From contig CAZALK010000008.1 in NCBI GenBank assembly GCA_964486045.1, positions 1-64,000 on the forward strand: 64,000 bases of DNA, read 5' to 3'. Every line of letters starts with the position of its first letter. Positions within the stretch are counted from its first letter, which is position 1. The translations under genes and the position numbers were made by a program. The notes under the pieces were generated by a model. That model had not been told where the DNA came from, made no database searches, and was given only the letters and a program-made list of their open reading frames with translations. Below, one piece after another: positions 15,001 to 27,000 of this stretch. The stretch comes from an uncultured archaeon. GTDB lineage: Archaea > Asgardarchaeota > Lokiarchaeia > Sigyniarchaeales > SOKP01.

Positions 15001-18000
15001 GATAGTCCTATAATCGAGCAGAGTTCTCTCTTTTCTTCCGTTATACAAGATCAGACTATTCAAGTAGGTAACTCCTCTACTGGTTCCGGGATTCTTACTC
15101 TTGAAAATGTATGGAAGAATGTTAGCGGTGAGTTTGAGATACTCAATGGTAGCTATTATAATTATAGTATTGTAAATGTGGGTGGTGTTGATGCGCTTAA
15201 AGTTACATATACTGACTCGCCAACCCTCGATCTAAAAATCGAATATGGATACATTCCAGAACAAAAACTTACTCACTATGCAATAGGGAATTTATTAGAT
15301 AATTCCTCCATTAAGGTAATGAAGGATAATTCGATATCAACTCTTTCCATGATACACGGCACTGACTACCAGATATCAGGAGCTAATAATAATTTAGTTA
15401 CATTTTATACCCTCTTCAGTTCAAGTTCTACCGGATATAGTTTTGATGATGCATTTTTTATTTCCTATGATGGTTATCTTACTGAAGAAATTAATCCTAT
15501 AAATAACATGATCCTTGAATTTTTGGATTCTGATGGATTATGGAAACCAATTACTAAAGTTCCCATTGGAGCAGACGGTAATTTTGATCATAGTTTCTAC
15601 ATGGGTGAAGGTGGATTTGAATTCCCATTAAACGAAGAGACTATTATGAGATTGGTTTATCTTCCTTCCAGTTTAACTGATTACAACGACCAATACATAG
15701 GAGTTGATTATTCTGGATTTAATCCCGTCTATAACCCTATCTATTCCATAAATGAAATGTTTACTTTAACTGTCAATGGAAAACAAAGCAAGATTTCTTA
15801 TATACCCACTGAATTTTCGCGCACTTTCGACCAATGGGCAACAGTTCAAAACAGAATTTATACCACCACAACAAGTCCTTATGAAACCTTGCAAGTTGGC
15901 AAGCCTTATACCTATTTTGACTTCCATAGGACCATTACCGATAATTATGAGTTCCAATTTGAATTAACTGACGATAGGGGCGAATTTCTCGCAGACCAGT
16001 TAGTGTGGATGGAAATCGGTTTCAAACCGAAGGCGGGGCTTAATTACAAAATACTTGACTGGGAAGATGAGGATGGAAATTATATCGACTCTGAAGCGTT
16101 AGGTACTGCTTGGTTTACTGAACAAGGTCAAGAGATTGCTCGTGGACCAGGAATATTAGATAATGACTATTCAATATCCCGTATGTTTACACGTCCTGAG
16201 TCATGGGAGTATTTAGATCCTGAAACGGGACAAGTAGGTGAATATTCGAGCCTATTTTGGGATTATCAAATAACTGATAATACAGGGCTAGTTACATTTA
16301 ATGTGAGCTTAGACGAGGATATCATTGGAGATCACCACAGAATATTTGATGAGTCTCTTTTCAGCAGTGGAAGTATAACCTTTGATTCACTTGATGATTA
16401 TCGGCTTTATGTCCGTGTGTTCCATGCTCCTATATATGATATTGGCCACATGGCGTTTGAGGATGCTTCACAACTTTATATGTCGAAAGATAATGATGTA
16501 TTTGATCTAAGCAGAGTTTCAGAATTAGACGGATTTGATTACTCTGATACCACTTTCTATTCGGGAAGCTACGGCGAAGGCTTGTTAACGGTCCATCCGG
16601 AAGACCTCATGCTTGGCATACCCAATCTCTTAGTTTATCAATTAGGCTCAGATTTAAATGATACCTTCTCGTTTAATGTAGAAGTTACGGAAGCTGATGT
16701 AGTTCCCGATGCGGAATTAATGACTCTTAGTAAATTAGATGCTGTTTTTGAGACCAGTAGTTTGATACCAGAATATAGCAATAATACCTTTTTGATTGAT
16801 GGAATGCCATTAGTAGCAATGATTACCGATTATTCCGGTGTAAGTCCGTTTATAGAGGGAAATGTTCAATTCTCTTCATATGTTGATAGCTATGGGTTTG
16901 CTGCCTTCAATATCAGTGATTACTATTTACAACAGCTCGATCCTGGCGTATATCAAGTTAGTATTTTCACGGTTTCACGTGCATATACAAAAGACGCATA
17001 CCGTTTTATCAGTCTCGAAGTGAGACCTGAGAATTGGATGAAATTTGGAGAACCTACAATGACTTTAGACCTTCTCAACTGGTATGATTCAGGATGGGGT
17101 GGAGCGTACTTCGGAAACGATTATGCGTTCTATGAAGATATTTATCCACGACTTACCGGTTATCTTGCTACACTACACAGCGAGGAGGGGATTTCAGATT
17201 ATGTCAACTTCAAAGTCTCAGCGAAAGCCCGAGATATTGGCGATACTACCGATTGGAGTGAATTTTCATGGATAGAGTTGGGAGATGAGGATCTATTTGT
17301 CAGTTCACTTGTATATGATGGCCTTTATTACTTCGAATATCCATTAGGACAAGACGGAGATATGCTTATGGGCAAAGAAATCATATTAAATGTCACCGCT
17401 GACGCAACCTACAACCAGACGGGAATGATTGCTGAAAATCGAGAGCAGAAATTATTTATTTTAAATCTTACTTTAACTTCTTCCAGCATTCGTAATGATT
17501 CAATCATATTTAATTCCTATTCTGACCTAGATACAGGAACCTTCTGGTTAGGAGATATTACAGGTGATAAATATGGCGTAGAAAGGTATTTTGAATATAC
17601 AGATGATATTGATATATATGGAATTGACTCTGAAGATGTATTATTAAACTTGATTGGATACAACACAATTGATATTGTAGAGGTTAGAGGAATATATGAA
17701 TATGATGAAGTAGTTCTTACAGAAGGTATTGATTTTACCATATCCGGCAATGATTATGAAATTACAATCACCGGTCCAACTACCTTAGATAATTATTCTG
17801 ATTTAATTATATCATATCGGGTTGAGCTTGAAGAAAGTAAGGTCAAGACATGGACCTTCTCCGAGTCAAACGGATTTGAATTTTCAGAAATACTCTTTAA
17901 TACAGATAATACTCCACTTGAACTTGATCGCGATACTTATTTAGGTATTTATTACTCCAAATTCAACGAATCTTATAGCCTTGTTAGTACTGCTACCGAC

Positions 18001-21000
18001 TTAAATATCGGATTTACAGCGATTACGCTTAACGATGTAGAAATTTATTCCGTATATGATATGCAAGGACAACCGATTGTGGACACTTATACTCTAAGTA
18101 TAAACGGAGATCAAATTAATATCGATTTTGGTTCAACTACAGAAGATGTCTATATTGAGTATGGAATCGCAACATACAAACTTGATAGAGGGTACCAACA
18201 AATAGAAATGAATATGACTGACTCGATAAGAAAGCTTTCTAAATTCCACAATTTCCATAAAATATACAATTACAGTTCAAGCACAGATGTGAATTTACTC
18301 ACCATTCCCGATGATCCACAAGATCCCCTCGATCCTGGTACTCCAAAGATACTAATACCTATATTAAAAGATAATAAAACTACTATCTCATTCAATTATC
18401 TCGCTTTGCTCTATGACAGCGTTCTCAATGGTTCATTTTTCTTAGACGATGCTGTACTTTATGGAAATGTGTCAAAACTTAAACCAATACTTGCAACATT
18501 TACTTTTACCACTGAAGATGGAGAATCTTATTTTGATTATGTATCAATTGATCCTTCCACCGGAGAAAATAGGTTTGACTTTGAGATTAATCTCCAGCCT
18601 ATGTATGCGGTAAAAGGGTATACTACCTATGATATTGAAATCGACTTTCTTACCTATGGAAATAATACGAATATTACTCAGTATGTTATTTTCGATAAAT
18701 TTGAGCTTACTGCTGATGATAGGATCCTTCAAGTAATCGATAAACCAATGAGAACTAAGAAAGATGAGCTCGATGTCTCACAAGTGATAAATACACCACA
18801 CTATGCTCAGATCTTTACTGATAGATTAAATGATGCTTATGGTGTCATTGATGACGCATGGGTGACTATCGCTGTTGAAGGTTTTGATGATTATGGAGAA
18901 TTAGTTCAACTCTATCGAGACGGGAATAATGACCTTCAATTTGGAAGTATTGATAATAATTCATATTCCTTTAAATCAGAACAGACAAATGATTACAGGC
19001 TCACGGAATCATTAGGGCTTCATATCAATGCTTATGATCTTGAACTTCCTGAATATATTGAAGGAGAAGTTAATCTTTATGCTGGAAAAGGCACCGAACC
19101 GTATGGAGAAGTGTTTGTCGATGCTCAAGACTTTGCGATGAATTGGCAATACAGTGATTATACCGTTGATATCAGCCAATTTGACTCTCACAATTACAAT
19201 GTCCAAAACTTTGAATTATCGACTCAGCCCCTCACCAGCCAGTATATGTATATCGAAGGGGAACTATACTTGCACCATAGAATAGATCTCACTGATTCTA
19301 ATAATATAATTACTTCAGGACTTCCAAGCGGTGTGCAATTTGCAGTAGAAATTCCAAACGCCACCAGTAGAATTGATTATGTGGATATTGTCAACATTAA
19401 TAGAATTAGCTCACCATGGGGTTGGGTTGAGTCATGGCAAGGGTTTGCCTTAGTAGGAGAAGATTATATTATATATAACCAAGATAATGCCGATACTTAC
19501 ACTCCATCAACTATTACATTAAGTGAAGGAACCCACTTTGATTTAGTGATTACGGAAACAGGAGAAAATCAGATTCACTTTTACGATACCGAAGCCAATA
19601 TTATTTCACTTCTTTCAAGTAATACTATCCAGATTGATTTCCACAGCGACTACGAGTTTACTGAATTTGATTACACTATTGATGAACCATTAAACGCCTA
19701 CAGCCCCACACTTCATTGGAAGTTCCCTGATAGCTCATATGTATTCTGGGATCAGTTTGAATATCATCCCGATTTAACTTCAACAACTAGCTTTAGCGCC
19801 TCATTCTACCATCTTAGCGAATATGCGCCTATGAGTGACTTTATGTCTTCTAACACCGAAGAGTTTCAGTTCTATCCAAATGAATATAACTTTACTGAAT
19901 TCAGTTTCACAAGTTTTAATGACACGGAATATGAAGTGACTGTTAATCTAACAAACGGTGGAGATTTCCAATATATTATTAACGATCCGAATGTCGAGTG
20001 GTATGATGTTGTAAAGCCATTTGGTATAACAATTCAAACATCCTCAGGAGAAAGATATTTAAATCATAAATATATTAACTATTGGCAGCATAGCTCAGAT
20101 CCTCAGCATGCGGACGAACCAATTTTCACATTTTCATTAAGGCGGGAAGTGTTTGAACCTCTAGAGCTTTTAGATGACATAGAAATATTGATGACTTACT
20201 ATTATAAAAAAGAAAGTTTAAGCTATTACACGACATACGATGATATTCTTAATGGAAGTGATTATACATTTATCATCAAAGATTCACAAGGAACTATAAT
20301 TCAACCACTGGGAAATATTTCTTCAATAGTTGGAAATAACATTACATTTACCGAAAATATTAAGACACTGTTGAGCATTGGAGAGAATTTTACAATTGAA
20401 TATTCGTTTAAAACTAAAGGCGGTCTTTTAGATACGAAACACTTCTTTATCGAAGTTCAGCCTTATGAGATGAAATTCTATAATAATTACTATCCGTTTA
20501 GCGGGAGTAGTATAGTTTCAGCCTTGTACTACAATCTTTCGGCTAACTATCAATATCAGCTCGCACTAAACTATCGGCTCCAAGAAAAAACATTCCTCAC
20601 ATTTTCGAAAGAAATAGAAGAAACAGAGATAACTAATAATGAAGTAAAAATCGATTTAACAAGCAATGAACCTCTTGCTGATGAAAATGATTTGGTATTA
20701 GTAGCCTATTACATTGATTCCACATCGAAGAGAATTATTATCCCAGATAAGTATGTAAACTTTATCGGGAAGATTGCCACCATTAATATAGTAGATTATC
20801 TTAATAATGGTTCACTTGCCCGAGGGGAAATTGTCTATGCTATGATAATGCCTGAACTTCATAACAAATATCAGCCATTCCATCACATTGAAGCCGATTT
20901 AAGCAATAAAGTGTTCACACTTAAAAATTGGACGGTTGCCCAAGATCCAGAAAATAATCTAATTGCTAACTTAGAATCAAATAATTTCATTTATGGCACA

Positions 21001-24000
21001 AGTTCCTACGAATCAATTACAGAAGGAAGAGTAAAACAAATTTATGGTATATTAAACAGCACTAATAATCTTACATATTATCTGACGGAAGAATTAAACG
21101 ATGCGATAGATGGTTGGAAAGATTATGATACTCTTATCATGAAAATGGGATTTTTAAATCCTGATGTACTTGAATATCTGAATGTTTCCTTCTACTATAA
21201 TAACAATACCCTCATAGGCTATGCCAACGTGACTTTAGATATGTTCGACGATGATTCCGGCGCGGTATATATTAGACTTCCCGACTCAACCAACTTCCAA
21301 TATTTCACGGTTGCTAATAATGCCCATATCACCTTTAGTCCTACATTCTATCAATCTGATGATTATCTCGGATTTTTCTATGAGCAAGGACTTCCCACCT
21401 ATCAATCAGTAGAATGGGAAGCTGATAATATAGAAAATGGATATTTACCTATTGATTTAGACAAGGAAGCCTTCTCACTTAATGAAAAAGTGTATGTATT
21501 TAACGATCAATATGAATTCCTTTACGCACTTGATCCTGATGTAAGAGAGCAAGAGGAAGAAAATAATGGTCAGGTTTATGCTTTACAATACAATAACGTG
21601 TCCATCCCAAGCTCTTATATAATAAATGGAGACACTATGCAAATGAAAGATGGAGACCTCCTCTTCTTAAAATATAACGCATCTTTAGAAGAATCCATAG
21701 GAATCACCGTAGAGGATATGGTACTCCAGAAGAAACCGTATATCAAGAACTATGAAACAGGGTTATATAACGTACCACTCGCGGAAATCTCGCTCTTAGG
21801 AATTAACAACGATGGTTTAACATACACAACTGATGATTTGTTTGATAATCGCGATAAATTAGTTGCCTGGGAAATTCCATTAAATATTACTCCCTTTGAA
21901 AACGTATTTTACAACGAATATAAACAAGCAGTTATTAACGTTTCTCTAGATGATATTTACTCCGACTTCAAGGTAACTGATATTTATGGAGTAGAACATG
22001 CATATATAACCGATATTCTTATTACTTCTAATGATCCTCGCTACGAATTAATTGTCGATTCAATATTCTTATTCGAGTTTGATGATAACGCAACTCTTTA
22101 TGATTCTGATATTTTTGATATCTTTGATAACAATCACATGGAGAAATTCTTTGTTGGGGCTTATACCGACATTTACAATGAGTTTATTATTCTCAACGCA
22201 AGCGAGTTTCTACCACTATATCAAGATGATTCTGCAATTAATGAAACCTATTATTTCGATGCTTTTGACAGTGATGGCAATTGGTACTATTTTGGAGAGC
22301 ATCTAATCGGACAAGAAACTACTTCCGGAATTTACAATATTACCTGGGATCAACAATACAGCGAAGAATATTATTATGCCTATCGCGACCAAGATGCAGA
22401 TCTTCAAGACCTCTTTGAGTATTACAACCCACACATCGACACATTCAGGTATCTTTATATCTCATGGGCAGACCAAAATGCATGGAACGAATGGCAGACA
22501 ATTGAAACCCCTAATGTAAATAGCAGCACACTTGATATAACTTTTGAATGGTACGATGAAACTTCAGAAGAATATCAATCCGTAACATATGACCAATCCC
22601 TCGATGAGTTTGAGGCACGACATATTGCAGTTGAAACTATCTATCCTTATAATTCAGAAGGAATAACGGATACTTTTGACTTATCACAAGACTATAGCAA
22701 CGCTCAAAACCTCGAAATCATGACGATGAAAGGGTACTATTTCAACGAATCTGAGATCGATTTTGATCCAGCAGCGTCTACATTACCTGACGGAGAATCG
22801 ATTCGAATTGAAGCGCCAAATAGCATTAGTTTGAAAAATTTCGAAAAAATAGTTGTTTATCTTAACTTTACTGAAGGTGCTTATTCCGATTACACTCAAT
22901 TCAGACTACTTCAAAATGCGAAAGATAAATCAGGACCACCTACCTGGACCAAAAATGACAGCATCTATGTTGATTATGAATACATTGATATTGATTATTT
23001 CTTACTCATGGAAGATTATGCAGTTGGCTCCGATGATTCGCTTTTTGAACACCTCGATTATATAAGAAATGGCAATTTTGTCACCTATGATACCTTAAGC
23101 TCTGAATATATATTCAATAAAAATATTCAGATGACTGACTTCTATAATTTCACAAGAAAGGATGATAAAAGAACAGCACTTGAATTTTATGATTCTAATC
23201 TCGACGGGGAATATGAACTGGTCATACAAAAGGAAGACATCAATGTTGACGGCGTTTATGATGTGTTTAAATATGGAGAATTGGACGCTTCGGGTGAAAT
23301 AGTATTTCATACCACCTTAATAAAAGTGGAATCTACTAATGTCGAAACTCAAAAGAGAGGTGAAACTCGACAAAGTAAAGTTTACACAACTAATTCAAGA
23401 TGGCGGAAGATTAAAGATGGTAGGATGCAAGATTCTGATTCACCCGTTCTTGCTCAAAGGATTATAACGACAAACACTACAACTACAAGTCACACTACTA
23501 AGACAACGCTCATAGTTCAAAAAGACCTTGATTTGGACGGGGTTATCGATAAAGATGTAACTTTCGAAGCTACAAATGTCTTCTCTTCATCAACCACGTT
23601 TACTACCGAGACAACCAATTTCTTTGAGACAGTTCCTACTATAATCGGCACTATTGTAGAATACCGAAATTCAACAATCGTCGCTTCCGATAAATCTCAT
23701 ACCTTTATCTTCAGAGATTATGAAGACGGAGAAGTAAACAGCACACGTATATACGATGATGTCTTTCCAAATGAACTTTCCGAAAAATACAATTTAAATA
23801 ATTACCTTGAGACTGTTTACAATGATGGAAATGATGAAGATCCTTCGAACGACCTTGTGCTCCAAGCACCCGCAATGGGAAGCTTACTGAGTTTCAAACA
23901 TACAACTGATGATGTACCTGCCATTTTCGACCGTAGAATAACAATCAATAGTCCTGCAGTAATAGACAATATTTTAGATACTTCAGTCACTATTTCAATT

Positions 24001-27000
24001 CCTGATTCAAGAACCGGACTCGCTAAAACAACCGCCACACTTGATGTTATTGAGGTCATTCCTGAGGATGGAAAAGTAATAATTGATAGTAATCCTCGAA
24101 CAAGCCCCAATAAAGTTCAGATTGAGGGAGGTAGATATCTGCATTATTCTTCTGCTCAAAATGGTGTATATGACCAAGTATTTGTCCTTGATGAAGATAA
24201 TAATGTATTAGCGGTTTCCATGGATTATGATTATAATTTCCGTGTAGAACCCAATAAGAAAGTATTTACGGAGAAACATATCATGTCCACCGAGGTCGTA
24301 GAAGGGGATGTAGAGTACTTAATGGCTGATTCTCGAGTGTATCTACGAGACTTTGATAGATATGATGGATTTTCCTTAGATCCAACATTTGCCGATTCTT
24401 TCTACGATATTTGGAAAATAGCTTATACTTCAAGCACGAGTCAATTAATAAAGGAAGTGAAAGCGATTACATCTAGCCAGTTTGTACAATCTGTTCAGAC
24501 GAGAATTGTAGGAGATGTAGTATGGCAAGTTGCATCCCAAATGATAGCATTTGCTGTTTCTTCACTTCTTCATGCTATACCTGGTATTGGTACGGTTTTG
24601 TCTGGTCTGGCTTATGCATTAGTTTACGGTCTTTTAAATGCTGCTAAATCATGGCAAGAGACAATAGCAAATGAAAATATTATCGCATCGCAGACACTCA
24701 ACAATGAAAACTATGAGGGAGAGATAACACTTTCTTCTAAGGGGGCCTATTCGGACCTATGGGGTGGTACACTACCCAATATCGTTGGATTTAGCACGGC
24801 AGGAGTTTATACTGACATACGATTAGAAGTAGATAAACACATCTTCAAAGGTAACATGTTGCTTGCTCCAAAGGGTGTTCATAAAACAGACTTTTTAGGA
24901 ATGAGAAATATACCAATTTCACTTGATTACACAAAGCAGAAAGGAGGATATATTATATATTCTGACTTTAATGATCCCCGTTTAGCTCCTTACATCGATC
25001 CAACACCCCCTGCACCCGGATTGTTGTTAGGCACGGCTGGTATAATAAGCTATGCTCAGCAAGTTGAGGCCTACAAAGCCAGTTTAGATACTGATGTTAT
25101 TTACATGGCAAATACCATGATATTTCTAGAAAACGCGATTTCCAAGCAGACCAATGGTGAGTACTATACTGTCTATCCATACATGATGTCAAGAGAAGGA
25201 ACTTTTGTACCTACATATCAATTTTCTGGATTCAATAGCAAATATCCAACTCCAGAGTATTACCATGACTATCCCGTATTTGTAGATGAGGAACATTACT
25301 CACAGTTTGAAAACGAATATAGCATTATATATAAAATATTTGATATTGAGAGTACTAAAGAGATTCAGCTTATCCCTGACGATGGTGTTCACGCGATCTA
25401 TAGTGATGTCGCTGAGATCGATGTTATATTTAGAGATACTCAAGGACTTAATATACCTCTAGGACCTTTCAAGGCCTCTGCGGGATTATTTACTTATAAT
25501 GAGTTCACAGGTATCTTAACTATGGGTGATGTGTTATACAATGATCTTCACGGACAACTAACCGCATTATTTAATAGTTATTCCGGAGTGCAAGGTTATG
25601 ATGCATATATCGTATTGCAAGTTAAAATAGCAAAATATCGGTCTATGAGTGATCTCCAAGGAATGACACAAAAAGAGGTAAATCACATTGCCACCATGCA
25701 AGCTATAGAACAGTCCATCTTAGAATACACATATCAGTTCAAGCACGCTCAGGCCACTCAACAGGGTTTATCGGAGATGTTTTACACTACGTTTATAACC
25801 GTTATAAGTACTGTGATTACCACGGTTATAACCTTAGGTGTAGGTGCTGTAGCAGGGAAGCTTAGTAAGGTGATAACCAAGGAAGCAGGAGAGGCTGGTG
25901 GTATTGTAAATGTTGGTAAATTCATTGACGTTGCAACAAAGAGTTCAACAAGAGCGTTCCAGAGGGTTATGAGTGCTTTATCAAGTAGAACCTCTCTTAT
26001 AAGTATTATGCTTTCTCCGATAACAGAGCCCCTTCAAGAAATATTCGTCGATCCCTACCTAGAGACCATCGTGACTAATCTCGCTGCCAAAGCAGGTTGG
26101 AACGTCTTTTGGCAAGTACTCGCCAGTAGTATGGTAGAGGGTGGCAGAGAGACGCTTACCGGTTCAATGTCCCAATTCCTTTTTGGTGGCTCTCAAACAA
26201 ATACTCAAGGTTTAGTAGAGACTCGACATGTAATGGGTGAAATGCGTAGCACAGAACAAAGTGCTTCTATAAGTTCCATCGATAACAAGAAATATTCACT
26301 CAAAGTCACCCCAAAATGGAGTTCAGTCATTAAGTCGGGAGCATCCCTTATACTCGGGGCAGCACTCATCGGAATCGGCGGACCTATGTTCTTTGGCGCC
26401 ACTCTTGCCAGCGGATTTATTGCCCTCCAATCAATTTCCCAAGATGTAAAGATCCTAAAGACTCTTACTCATAATATTGTCTCCAAACAATTGCCAAGTG
26501 ATTACCATCTAAATGATGTTATAGCTGATAGTACTGATGCTTTAATTGATGAAGGAATAGAAGATGCCATAGAGTGGGCTCAAGTGAGTTCAGTATCTAA
26601 AGATGCATTTCCAATTACTCCAGAGCACATTGCTTCGATATATGAGGAAATTGCTTTGGGTCTTGGTCAAGGAGGTGGTGCGCCTAGTTATAATATACAA
26701 AATGAATTGCCTGCTTATTACCGCAAAATAGGTCAGATTAGGCAGGCCCATCAAGGAGAGGTTATTTATGAAAAAATGATTGAATATTCTGAAGCTGTAG
26801 TTCAGAGTGTCAGAGACGAATTTAGAGCCGCAAAAGTGGAAATTGATCAGAAAGATATACAGACGAAGATCATCAAGTTTGTTGCCGTCTCTACAAATCA
26901 TAAAGTCATGTTCGGTGACCCTATATTTGACAAAGTAGTTGCCAATCCTGCTAAATATGGTTATCTCTATAATGTTTATCGCTGGAATTGGAAGGGACAG

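Noticed and set aside
158-26901. Many 60-103 aa ORFs overlapping the giant gene on either strand
   Set aside because: Shadow ORFs with no motifs, nested within a long coding frame.
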